From Eledone cirrhosa (taxonomy: Eukaryota), in NCBI GenBank assembly GCA_964016885.1, contig OZ024758.1, positions 21,948,001 to 22,012,000 of the forward strand: a DNA stretch of 64,000 nucleotides. The letters run 5' to 3'. Shown piece by piece: positions 12,703 to 25,491 of this stretch. The position numbers and the translations under genes are program-made. Numbering within the stretch: the stretch's first letter is position 1; each line of letters opens with the position of its first letter. Below the pieces are notes generated by a model, which was not told where the DNA came from, ran no database searches, and saw only the letters and a program-made list of their open reading frames with translations.

Positions 12703-13329
12703 CTGCAGTACGATTTCGCTGCAGAAAAACTTGTCCTGAAGTAGGCCCCTGTTTTAAACTATTCTAATATATGTTTTCTCTAACATAAGTTGGGTGTCTT
12801 GCGTTTATTTGGTTATTGTTGTACTAAGTTAAATTTTATGTATGTATTTTTTTTTTTTTTTTTTTTTTTGTCAGATTCAAGTGAAGAAATTTGTTTTTTT
12901 TTTTTTTTTTTTTTTTTTTTATTTTTTATTTATTTTTTTTTTTTTTTTTTTTTTATTATTTCTACTTTCACAATAAAATTTATTTTCGACATACCTATGT
13001 TGTTGACATTGAAAGACAATTCCTAAAATAAAGATAGACAACTTCCTATTTCACAGAATGGAAAATAAAATGGAAATCTTTTTTCGTATTGGAAACTTTT
13101 GCCCAAACAACTGTAAAAACGTCACTACTGTTAACAACGCCCACATTAGCAATTACTATAGAATAAAAAAAAACTGAAAACGTTTATGTTTAGTTATCTG
13201 AAAATATCTGCAACAACTGCGATGACAACAGCGACAGTAGTGGTAAAATATAGTCAACGACAGCAGAGAAAGTATGATTCTGGTATAATACTGTCAACAA
13301 CTATAACGACAACTAAATACCTAATTCTA

Positions 13330-13715
13330 AAGTCTGTCTCAAGGTTCGTCAGGTTGGTTGGTGCTTGTCCCCCGGTTTTCGTGGCGTGAAGCGACTGAGA
13401 GTACGAGACTTTACCCCCCACCCACTGGACTGGGCGCTAGTCTATCGTAGAGTTAACGTCTGTCTCAGGCCAGGAGGTTTGTCAGACCCAGTGCTTATCT
13501 CGGTTTCGTGGCGTGAAGCGACTGAGTGTACAAGACTCCTTACCCACCCACCCACCCACCCCACCCCCCCCCGACCCCTGGACAGGACGCCAGTCTATCA
13601 CAGGGTTAAAATCTGTCTCAGGCCAGTGCTTATCTTGGTGTTTCGTGGCGTGAAGCGACTGAGTGTACAAGACTCCTCTCCCCTGGACAGGACTCTAGTC
13701 CATCACAGAGTTAAA
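13330..13715. repeat. Three tandem ~125-140 bp copies of a probable SINE-derived segment
   Basis: TTTCGTGGCGTGAAGCGACTGAG..TAC.AGACT...CTGGAC.GG.C.C.AGTC.ATC...G.GTTAA occurs at ~13377, ~13504 and ~13641. Confidence 0.75.
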
Positions 13716-13999
13716 CACCCAGACACTCATCGCTTCGATCACATCGGGAAGATAAAACCCACCACCAACACCAGCACCATCTCCCTCTGATCGGAAGAGG
13801 CAGCCATTATTCGACTGCATAGTTGCCATGGCGGTGGAAAGGAAGTGTGAAGGGCGAAAGGTTAAAAGATTCCTTCATTTATTACAAATTAGATACATCT
13901 CTGAAGATATGTGTTGAAATATTCATAGTTTAGTCTATGGGAGTAGGCTCTAACTGTTTACAGACCTCGGTATTTTCTAAAATATGTTTGTCTACTCAC

Positions 14000-14950
14000 A
14001 CAATGAAGTTGGTGTTGATATATTAATTCTAGCTATTGAGTATCGTTTCAGTTCTACCAATTATATATTCGATGATGGACACTTCTTTGACAGACCATAA
14101 TGGATTTAGTTGAACGGCTAAGTAACTTTTGTTAGTATTTCAGCTCATCACTTCATATTATTATAGCCAGTTGGTATTATTATGCCGATTTTTAAAACAC
14201 TATTGTGATTTTTGTCATAGAAAACGATGTTTGTATCATTATACTACACTGGCTGGTGGTCCGTCCGTAAGCTAAATCTCCATAGGATATTTGTATTGTT
14301 ATTTTCTAAGAAAAGTGAATACCACAGAATATTTTCTTTATGTAGGTAAAACTAGGTTATAAGGTGTGTATAGAGCGATTTTTCTACATTGTTATGTCTC
14401 AAAATATACTTCTGATACTTAATGCTAAATATTTTGATACAATGTATTTCTTCAGAAAACAGCGCATAGGCAACATCTGCTACTTACATTATAGAAATGA
14501 TAGATATTTCTCACAGTCTGTCTAATACTTGTGGTTTGTTCCTGTATATTCTTATTTTTGCTGTCCATTCCTACCGGATTTGTTTACCCAGGACAGTGTT
14601 AGTTTTTATTGTAGTCTAGAACATTCACTTCACAGAAACAGTAATTGCTATAGATTTTCTTTTTAGCCGCCAGATGCGCCATTTTCATGTCTATTTTTGG
14701 GTGCCTTAGTTTTAGATTTTAGCAATTGGAAATCTAAACTAATTATTTGGAAGAATTTTGCTGTTGCAATTCTGATCGATTTACCGGCGTTCGTGTTATT
14801 ATAGTGAAGAAAAGTACATAGTATACTTCTTTTCAGTTGAAAAGAATAGCAACTCTAATAATGGCTTTCTTAACTTCTTTTCTGACACCCAATACTTCTC
14901 TGCCATCTACTATTTAGATATTTTGAACTTCTGAAGTCGTCATACCATCA
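14000..14950 (-). mobile_element. Possible highly decayed LINE (APE endonuclease to RT start)
   Basis: Scattered minus-strand remnants in the expected order: VLGV, IISLDF(N)AK and PTGYNN..AEIL (compare KAxGxDxIxAEIL). There are many stops. Confidence 0.3.
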
Positions 14951-15204
14951 CTGGATTTATTGTAAAATGTTTTGTTTTTGTTTAGTTTTGGGGGTTCTTT
15001 TTTGTGTGTATTTTATTTTAGAATATGCCTCGTGTTGTAGTTTCTAAATTTGTTGACTTCCATTCCAGGACAGCAAATCATATGTTGTGGCTGGTACTGT
15101 AAATGTATTGATGACACAGGGGATATTTCTGCTATTTAAAGAGTTTTTTTTTTTTTTTGTTTTGTTTAGAATAGTTATGTTCGGTTAATATATAAAACTT
15201 TTAT

Positions 15205-15820
15205 TCTCATTCGTACAGCTTTTACAAAAGACAGTTATACTCGAACAAATGTTTCATATACCTACAAATTCTTATTCTGCTTAATACAGCTTACACCTTT
15301 TACAAAAGACAGTTATACTCTAACTTATGTTCCGTATACCTACAAATTATTATTCTCTGTACATATTTTACAAACACAGTTATACTCTAACTAACGTTCT
15401 GTATATTTACAGATTCTGACTCTCATTCGTACAGATTTTTAAAATACAGTTATACTCAAAACTAATGTCGTCTGCTTATTTATAAATTCTTGTTCTCATT
15501 CGTACATATTTAACAGTTATAATCTACAAATGTTCCGTATACCTACAGATGTTCTGTATACCAACAGATGTTCTGTATACCAACAGATGTTCTGTATATC
15601 TACAAATTCTTGTTCTCCCTCGTACAGTTTTTACCAACACAGTTATACTCTTACTAATGTATGTATATCTACAGATGTTCTGTATACCTACAGATGTTCT
15701 GTATACCAACAGATGTTCTGTATACCAACAGATGTTCTGTATATCTACAAATTCTGACTCTCCTTTGTACAGATTTTATACAGTTATACTCTAACTAATG
15801 TTCTGTATAACTACAGAATA
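15205..15820. repeat. Diverged ~70-85 bp tandem repeat with internal 19-bp ACAGATGTTCTGTATACCA expansions
   Basis: CAGTTATACTC and TACAAATTCT recur, and the 19-bp units are expanded at 15545-15605 and 15671-15750. Confidence 0.85.
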
Positions 15821-15884
15821 CTGAATTATTCATCTTGTTATTATTTGCCACCATGGCTACTAAAAATGCGTCATCATTTGGTAT

Positions 15885-16158
15885 CACAGCATCGCCATGT
15901 TTTAGATAAGTCTTCACAACACAGCCATGTTTTAGAGAAGTCTTCAAAACATCGCCATGTTTTAGAGAAGTCTTCACAACACCGCCATGTTTTAGAGAAG
16001 CCCTCACAACACCGCCATGTTGTAGAGAGGTCTTCACAACACCGCCATGTTGTAGAGAAGTCTACACAACATTGCCATGTTTTAGAGAAGTCTTCACAAC
16101 ACCGCCATGTTGTAGAGAAGTCCTCACAGCATCGCCATGTTTTAGATAAGTCTTCAGC
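15885..16158. repeat. 30-bp minisatellite CCGCCATGTTTTAGAGAAGTCTTCACAACA, ~9 copies
   Basis: GCCATGT recurs every 30 bp. Confidence 0.95.
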
Positions 16159-17330
16159 AGTGTTCAATGTGTTACAAACATTCAGACCAAGCTAACAGTC
16201 TGAGGATAACTAAATATCTTAACACTTTTGGTTGTATGTGTATATGTGAGTGTGTGTATACGTGTGAGTGTGTGCGTATATGTGTGTGTGCGTATGTGTG
16301 CGTATGAATGTATGTGTGCGTGTATTTGCGTGTGTGTGCGTGTGTTTGCGTGTGAACGTATGTGTAGGTGTGAGCATATGTGTACATGTGGGCGTGTGTG
16401 TACTTGTGAGCGTAGGTATGTGTGTGACCGAATGTGTACTTGGGAGCGTGTGTGTACGTTTGAGCGTATGGGTACGTGTAAGCGTGTGTGTATGTGTGAG
16501 TGCATGTGTACGCGTGTGTGTGTGTATACTTGTTAGCGTGTGTATAAGTGTGAACGTGTAAGTAAGTGAGAGCGTATGTGTACGTATGTGTATGTATACT
16601 TGTTAGCGTGTGTGTAAGTCTGAGTGCATGTGTACGCGTTTGCGTATGTGTACGTGTAAGCCTGTGAGGCCGTGGACGTGTGAGAATGTCTTCACCTTAT
16701 ATATATGACAAACTCTAAATTTCTTCAATAGGGGGGTGGGGGTATATTGAGCCCTTTTATGCCTTTTGTAAAACAAAACAAACAGAAAAAGAGAGCCATA
16801 TTGATCCCGCACAGCTGAGCACTGTCAATATACATAAACATTGCCTATAAAACACGGAATGCAAATAACGAAAAGAAGAGAAACAGATATAAAAATAAGG
16901 AAAAATATCCTAAATCTATCCAGGAAACTAATAGAGCTCTTCAATAAAAAGAAAAAAAGGTGATAAAACCACGCAAGAGGAACAGAGTTCAGGTTCTGTA
17001 GCATTAGAATTCTCCAAAAACATCCCTAACAGTTTAAACAACAAAGAATTTATAGGAGTTTAGGAAGGTCATTGATAACAACTTTTCACACAATAGCGTT
17101 AGAAATTTCTACCAAAAAAAAAAAAGGCGAATAACATATAATATGAATTAACATAGAAGCAAATTATAGCCACAAATCATGACATCCGAGATGAACTATA
17201 ATTTCACACTGAGAAGTCAAACTAAATCACGTTGAAGAACCACAAATACGATTTGTAGATGAGCTCCTTCATTGTAGACATTATCTTTACCAAAGTGATT
17301 CAGGTATACTTATTATTATTCATACACACT

Positions 17331-17366
<36 letters not shown>

Positions 17367-17675
17367 AAAGTTCTATTTAAATTTTTGGGATACAACAAGC
17401 AAATATTTTTATAACTGATATAAAGCACTCAACAAATAATTGGAGTAAAATTACGATATTAACAAATGGAAACTATATTTATAAAACCATATTTATTTCA
17501 TTATACATATTTCAAGGACACCAAGTTAAATTATGGTGTGCTTTCATCAGATAAAATATAATATAGAGCAGTTTTATAAATAAATATTGACATACCCTTA
17601 AAGAATTCAACCATTGAAATATGTATAATGAAATAAATATGGTTTTATAAATATAGTTACCATTTGTTAATATCG
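17367..17675. mobile_element. Hammerhead-bearing element (family H), internally inverted copy
   Basis: The 5' part is collinear with 52238-52308. Segment 17452-17614 is the reverse complement of the rest of the element, and the 3' ~62 bp is repeated in forward orientation. Confidence 0.85.
17494..17558 (-). ncRNA. Minimal type I hammerhead ribozyme
   Basis: The reverse complement is identical to 21019-21083. Confidence 0.8.
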
Positions 17676-17708
<33 letters not shown>

Positions 17709-18441
17709 TATAATAAGTAACAGGAATATAACAACATCACAGTTAGAGGATCAACATTTATTATGCAATTGACACGTGTTTCGCTATCTTACAAATGAAC
17801 AAGATCTAGAAAAGCTATTCCGAAATGGTTTTGTCGAAGAATTCAATTCCCACTAACGAAATCTGATCAATACTATATCCTGTATATATATATATATATA
17901 TATATAGTAACAATAATAAATTTGAAGACTAAAATCCAAAGAGGGCTCGATAAGGATAAATATATATCAAATATATAAGAACCGTAGAGCAAATATTTAT
18001 TTTAATAAATATATATATATATATAGATATATATATATTATAAAGGATCGGGACCTCAACGGCTGAGCTTTTGCCTTTTCAACAGCTAGTTCCAGACATA
18101 TATATATTTATCGAACTTTAATTAAATATATATATATATTGAATAAATATATATATATATATATATATATTAAATAAATATATATATATATTGATAAACA
18201 TTATATTGAGAAAGAGCGCCAATAAGATTACACATACAAATATTATTTTTAATGGTATACACACACATTCACACTCACGCGTGTCTATATGTATATCTGT
18301 ATGTGTATATGTATGTATATGTGTGTTTCTGTGTATATATATATACTATAGTTTTTATATATACATACATATATATACATATATACATATCTATGTATAT
18401 ACATATATACATATATATGTATATACATATATATATATATA

Positions 18442-18498
<57 letters not shown>

Positions 18499-18559
18499 GC
18501 ACACGTACATATATGTTTACATTTACGTTTACATGTATATATAAACATATGCATATGTT

Positions 18560-18597
<38 letters not shown>

Positions 18598-19042
18598 TTT
18601 ATTCATATATACATAATTATTTTTATAGTCATTGAATTAATATTTTGATTAAAATTCAGTAATTAAATAGTTACAATTGGAATTTAAATTATCTTCCGCA
18701 GTTCCCCCGCAGTCTATATATTTATTTATAAAGAACAATGGCGTTTAATGGGTGGCTAACTTGGTCGTCTGAATGGGAAACAGACGATAATATAACTAGA
18801 TAGGTAGCGAGAGAGATGGAAAGAGGGAAAGATAGGTAGGTAGGTAGATATGTTGATAGGTAGGTTGAGGGAGGGAGGGAGAGAGAGAGAGAGATGGATA
18901 GGTATGTAGGTAGATATGTTGATAGATGAATATATTGATAGGTAGGTAGGTAGAGAGATAGATAGATAGATATACATGTTCTAGGTAGGTAGGTAGGTAG
19001 GTAGGTAGGTAGGTAGGTAGATATGTTGTTAGATAGATAGAT

Positions 19043-19525
19043 TTCTTTATTAGCCACAAGGGCGCAACAAGAAAGGGGACAATACAAAGACATGCCGGGG
19101 ATTTTACATACAGTCGTGTAAAAAATATAAAAACAAACAATTTCAACAATCGAAATCCCCAATAGGGGGGAGGCGCCACAAATGGGTTGTTTAATACCCC
19201 GTCGATAGAACAACCCTCAACTCAAGGAGCGTGTTGTGCAAGTGCTCCTTTCTTCCTTTTGCTCTCTTCCTCAACCTACAGGCTTATAAACAGAGAAGGC
19301 CCAATCACTCGGGCCATTTTCGCTTCATTCACCCACCTTTCAGTAAATTTACTGGGGTGCAGTGCCTCTCTCTCCACCCTGATTCTCCTTCTAAAGTGAT
19401 ACTTAAAGAAGGGAATCAATTGTTGTCCGGAGAGAAAGGCATCTGTCCTCAGTCCTCTCAACCTCGCCCACCATATAACTTCTTTCACCATAGCCACCGT
19501 ACAGAGGAAAACCGCCTCTCTTTCG
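19043..19525 (-). mobile_element. 5'-truncated Tx1/L1-like non-LTR retrotransposon (ORF2 C-terminus + 3' UTR)
   Basis: Open frame EREAVFLCTVAMVKEVIWWARLRG...FFKYHFRRRIRVEREALHPSKFTERW...SL* shows the K..IW..R...F...W pattern of L1/Tx1 ORF2 ends. The UTR ends in AATAAAG and the insert is flanked by an identical 67-bp direct repeat. Confidence 0.75.
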
Positions 19526-19949
19526 TATATATGTTCTAGGTAGGTAGGTAGGTAGGTAGGTAGGTAGGTAGGTAGATATGTTGTTAGATAGATAGATAGG
19601 TATGTATGTAGATAGAACTTCAACAACAGCAACATCAAAACACCAACAAGAACAACAACACCATTAATATCAGCAACAATAGCAACTGCAACAACAAACA
19701 ACACCAACAACGACAGAAAATAACATCAACAACAGCAATAACACTAACAACAACAACAGCAACAACACCAACAACACTAACAACAACAATACCAACAGCA
19801 ACGCCAACAACAACAACAGCAACACTAACAACACCAACAACAACACCAACAACACCAGCTACCCTATATTTATCATTATCTCTTTAATCTAAAGAAGAAA
19901 GATATAAAGTGTTTTCTATGAAGATTTCCCTATGTCTAAAGATAAACTA

Positions 19950-20232
19950 TTAAAGTATATATTTAGAAAACCTTTTAGACTAGACTCTTCCTCTCTTATA
20001 TACACACATATGCACCTGGTGTATAAGTGTGTATATATAGTCCTTTTCTCTTATATACACATATATACACCATGTTCGAACACAAAAGGACAAGACTCTC
20101 TATTAAAGTATATATATATATATATATATAACTTTTATAGTCCTTTTCTCTTATATACACATATATACACCATGTCCAAATACAAAAGCACCAGACTCCC
20201 TATTAAAGTATATATATATATATTATATATAT

Positions 20233-20324
<92 letters not shown>

Positions 20325-20465
20325 GTTACAATGTGGAGAAGGAACACAGAAAGTAAAATAATTTGTTTTAAAAATTTTCTAACCCAGAAAAATAAAAAAA
20401 ATAACGGAAAAGAAAATATTTTTCTTCCTAATAATCATTTTCTCTCTTTCTCTCTCTCTCTCTCT

Positions 20466-20515
<50 letters not shown>

Positions 20516-20700
20516 CTTTTATAGTCCTTTTTCTCTCATATACACCAGGTCCGAACACAAAAAGACCAGACTCTGTTAAAGAATATATTTATTTAACTTT
20601 TATAATCCTTCTCTCTTACATACACATATTCCAAATACAAATGAACCAAACTCCCTATTAAAGGATATATAGAGAAACCCTTTTATAGTCACACCAAGGT
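19950..20700. repeat. Diverged ~85-95 bp tandem repeat interrupted by (TA)n
   Basis: CTTTTATAGTCCTTTTCTCTTATATACAC...AACACAAAA.GACCAGACTC.CTATTAAAG recurs 5-6 times. Confidence 0.75.
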
Positions 20701-20962
20701 AGGAAACCTTGAAGATTTTTTAAGAAAATAAAACTTATGTTGCAAAGGAAAGATTTTAAATGAAATAAAAACCCATAATATGTATATGTTTGTGTGTATA
20801 TATATATATATATATAGGAAAAAGTATGACTCCGACGGCAGAGCTCAAGCAGTTTCGACGGCTATTTCTAAGTATTGAGTACTCTGGTGCGTTATTGTCC
20901 ATCTGGTTCCTTACCACATTTCCTTTGTTATATATATATATATCCGGGAGCTTCCAACAGAA

Positions 20963-21125
20963 ATGGTCGCATTCTTTAAGGGTATGTCAATATTTATTTA
21001 TAAAACTGCTCTATATTATATTTTATCTGATGAAAGCACACCATAATTTAACTTGGTGTCCTTGAAATATGTATAATGAAATAAATATGGTTTTATAAAT
21101 ATAGTTTCCATTTGTTAATATATCG
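20963..21125 (+). mobile_element. Hammerhead-bearing element (family H), 5'-truncated copy
   Basis: Near-identical to 52308-52469 and flanked by (TA)n. Confidence 0.85.
21019..21083 (+). ncRNA. Minimal type I hammerhead ribozyme
   Basis: Stem I TATTTTAT/ATGAAATA; CTGATGA at 21027-21033; stem II AAGCACACCA/TGGTGTCCTT; GAAA at 21064-21067; quasi-palindromic stem III ATATGTAT; AUA triplet with predicted cleavage after 21075. Confidence 0.8.
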
Positions 21126-21308
21126 TATATATATATATATATATGTAGGTATGTATATATATAATGTATGTATGTATGTGTATATATAATATATGTATGT
21201 ATGTATATATATAATATATGTATGTATATATATATAATATATGTATGTATATAATATATGTATGTATGTATATATATAATATATATAATATATGTATGTA
21301 TACATATA

Positions 21309-21434
21309 TAATTGTTTCTACTTTCGGCACAAGGCCAGCAATTACCCAGTGTATTACTGGTACTTTATTTTATCAACCCCATAAGGATGAAAGGCAAAGT
21401 TAACCTCGGCGGGATTTGAACTCAGAATAGCAAG
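21309..21434 (-). mobile_element. SINE family A, 5'-truncated
   Basis: Reverse complement of the 3' two-thirds of the consensus. Confidence 0.9.
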
Positions 21435-21595
21435 TATGTATATATATAATATATGTATATATATAATATATATAATATATATATGTATGTAAGTATATAT
21501 ACATATATATAGATAAAAATAGTCCTTCATTACTGATGAAGGACTATTTTTATCATATGTAACCCATGTGCAACCACGCAGTATTCATTCTTCTC

Positions 21596-21642
<47 letters not shown>

Positions 21643-21865
21643 TTGATATATATTTATATATTTGATATATATTTATATATTTGATATATATTTATCCTTA
21701 TCGAGCCCTCTTTGGATTTTAGTCTTCAAATTTTTTATTATTACTATATATATATATATATATACACACACGAACACAAACATGCGCACAACATACAAAC
21801 GCACAGACGCATACACACACAATAGAACAGAGAATCAGACAGACAGTACCAGAGAAAGAGATAGT

Positions 21866-21952
<87 letters not shown>

Positions 21953-21957
<5 letters not shown>

Positions 21958-22111
21958 AATGACGCTAACATTTCATCTATCAATTGGTTGTTTAGATGAG
22001 AGAGAGAGAGACAGAGAGACAGAGAGACAGAGAAAGAGAGATAGATTAAATGACGCTAACATTTCATCTATCAATTGGTTGTTTAGATGAGAGAGAGAGA
22101 GACAGAGAGAC

Positions 22112-22142
<31 letters not shown>

Positions 22143-22320
22143 TTAAATGACGCTAACATTTCATCTATCAATTGGTTGTTTAGATGAGAGAGAGAGAGAG
22201 AGACAGAGAGAGCGAGATTAAAAGACGCTAACATTTCATCTGTCAATTGGTTGTTTAGATGAGAGAGAGAGAGAGATTAAATGACGCTAACATTTCATCT
22301 ATCAATTGGTTGTTTAGATG
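21953..22320. repeat. Five 46-bp direct repeats separated by variable (GA)n/(GACA) spacers
   Basis: GATTAAATGACGCTAACATTTCATCTATCAATTGGTTGTTTAGATG at 21953, 22044, 22141, 22216 (2 substitutions) and 22275. Confidence 0.95.
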
Positions 22321-22724
22321 AGAGAGAGAGAGAGGGGGGGAGAGAGAAGCCTAGTTTCATGATTCTGCAAGACTCAATGCATCACAAGAGTGCGAAGAGT
22401 TGACAGGAAAGTGGATGAAGAAATAATCTTTTGCCGACAAGCAACAATACCGCCAAAATTTGCTGCCAAACGTCTTGTGTAGAGATCGATCGCTTTTTAT
22501 TCGCATTCTGTATTGGCAACTCAGCGTGGAAGCCGAACAGTTGTGTGTTGTTGTGTTGTCTTTTTTGAAAATTCTCTCCTCATTGTTCGTTTGGATAAAT
22601 TGTTGTTTTGTCATTATGTATATATATATATGTGTATGTGTGTCTATATATGTGTATATATATATATGTGTGTGTATGTGTATTTGTATGTGTGTATTTG
22701 TGTGTGTGTGTATGTATATATACG

Positions 22725-22786
<62 letters not shown>

Positions 22787-23026
22787 CAAATATATATATA
22801 TATATATCCATATGCATATATATATGTATATATATATATATATATATATGAAAGACGTAAAATAAGAAAATTATAAAAATTAACTTACTTACATATATAT
22901 TCATATATATATATATGCAAATATATATATACAAATATATACATATATATAAATATATATAAATATATACATATATATAAATATATATAAATATATACAT
23001 ATATATAAATATATATAAATATATAC

Positions 23027-23057
<31 letters not shown>

Positions 23058-23074
23058 CATATGTATACATACAT

Positions 23075-23107
<33 letters not shown>

Positions 23108-23183
23108 TACATACACACACATATATATATATATATATGTATATACATATATATATACACACATACACACACACACAACAAAC

Positions 23184-23272
<89 letters not shown>

Positions 23273-23962
23273 TTCCTATTAATGTTCCTAGTTCCTTATT
23301 CAATCTTGTTTACTTTTCACTTTGTTTTGTTGTATTTTTGAAAATGTTGTTATAATTTTCTTTTTTTCTTTTATTTTTTATTTCTCTTCTTTTCTTTTAA
23401 GATTTTGATTTTTATTATTTTTATTTATTTATTTAATCTATTTATTTATTTAATCTATTTATTTATTTCATTTTTCTAATTTATTTTTCTATTTTTATTT
23501 ATCTTTTCTATTTTTTTTATTTTCCTATTTTTATTTATTTTTTGTTTTTATTTATTTTTTCTATTTATTTTTCTTATCTATTTTTATTTATTTAGTTTTA
23601 TTATTTATTTATGAAATTTATTTATTTGTTATTTTGATTTGTTTATTTTTCTAAAAATAATTTTCTATTTATTTATTCATTATTTTTATTTATTTTTTCC
23701 TATTTATTTATATTTATGTATTTATTCTTATTTATTTATTTCTATATATCTATTATTTATTTGTTTGTTCTATAGTTATTTGTTCTATATGTTTATATAT
23801 TTTTTCTAATTTTTTTATATCTTTTTATCTATTTATTCTATATATTTCTTTATTTATTCTATTTTATTTCTTTATTTATTTATTCTATTTATTTTATTCT
23901 ATTTATTTATTTATATATATATTCTATATATATTCTATTTATTTATAGATTTATATATATAT

Positions 23963-24017
<55 letters not shown>

Positions 24018-24260
24018 GTGTCTTTGTTTTTAATTCATCCTCCATTTTGACACGTTACAATCTCTGTTTACGACTTCTTAAATATTGTGAAATTAATCTA
24101 AATGTAAATAGAAAGGTTGCCATGAAATTGCTTTCCAAAATGTCTTTTTTTTTATTTTTCCCATCAGTTCCTTCTCTCTCTCTCTCTCTCTCTCGCTCTC
24201 GCTCTCTTTCTCATTTCTCTCTCTTTCTCTCTCTCTTTCTCTCTTTCTCTCTTTCTCTCT

Positions 24261-24291
<31 letters not shown>

Positions 24292-24302
24292 TTCTCTCTC
24301 TC

Positions 24303-24338
<36 letters not shown>

Positions 24339-24944
24339 CAAAATATCTTTTTCTGTTTCTCCCATCAGTTCCTTTCTTCTCTCTTTCTTTCTCTCTCTTT
24401 CTTTCTCTCTCTTTCTCTCTTACACTCTCTCTTTCCCTCTCTTTCTCTCTCTCTTTTTCTCTCTCTCTTTCCCCTTCTTTCTCTTTCTCTCTCTTTATGT
24501 CTCTCTCCCCCTCTCTCTCTCTCTTTTGATTATTTCTTATCTCTCTTTCTCTCTCTTGATTATTTCTTATCTCTCTTCTCTCTATCTATCTCTTTTTTAA
24601 TTCTTTCTTATCTCTCTTTCTTTCTCTTTCAATTCTTCTCTCCTTTGTTTCCTTCTTTTCTCTCTTTTTCTCTTTTAATTCTTTCTTCTCTCTTTTCTCC
24701 TTTTTCTTTCTTTTGTCTTTCATTTTTCTTTTTTTATTTATTTTTTCTTTCTTTTTTCTTTCTTTTTTCATTTTACTTCGCAACGTTGACACTATATTCT
24801 CATTTTGGTTTTATTGTCACTATTGTTGTTGTTGTTGTTGTTGTTGTTTTCCTTAACTATACTGTTGTTGTTATTATTATTATTGTAGTACTATTATTGT
24901 AGTACTGTTGTTGTTGTTGTTATTATCGTTGTTATTGTAATTGT

Positions 24945-25490
24945 TCCTATTGTAACTGTTGCTATTGTTACTGTTGCTATTGTTACTGTTGCTATTGTTA
25001 CTGTTGCTATTGATACTGTTCCTATTGTTACTGTTGCTATTGTTACTGTTGCTATTGTTACTGTTGCTATTGTAACTGTTGCTCTTTGTTACTGTTGCTA
25101 TGGTTACTGTTGCTATTGTAATTGTTGCTATTGTAGCTACTACTATTTGTTACTGTTGCTATTGTTACTGTTGCTATTGCAATTGTTGCTATTGAACTGT
25201 TGCTATTGTAACTGTTGTTGTTGTTGTTGTTACTGTTGTTGTTGTTGTTAATGTTGCTATTGGTACTGTTGTTGCTGTTATTGTTGCTATTGTAACTGTT
25301 GCTATTTGTTACTGTTGCTATTGTTACTGTTGCTATTTGTTACTGTTGCTATTGTTACTGTTGTTGTTGTTGTTGTTACTGTTGCTATTGTAACTGTTGC
25401 TATTTGTTACTGTTGTTGTTGTTGTTGTTGTTACTGTTGCTATTGTAACTGTTGCTATTTGTTACTGCTGTTATTGTTACTGTTGCTATT
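24945..25490. repeat. 15-bp (ACTGTTGCTATTGTT)n trinucleotide-derived repeat
   Basis: Direct reading. Confidence 0.9.
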
Positions 25491-25491
25491 G

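Noticed and set aside
15795-16195. Repetitive ORFs (QHRHVLEKSS)n / (TWRCCEDFSK)n
   Set aside because: A 30-bp minisatellite open in three frames, with no codon-position bias or recognisable domain.
20818-20930. Minus-strand CAGATGG...CGAAAC as another hammerhead
   Set aside because: The first box deviates at two positions and stems I and III do not form convincingly.
21953-22320. CRISPR-like repeat-spacer architecture
   Set aside because: The spacers are just variable (GA)n microsatellite, there are no cas genes, and the context is eukaryotic.
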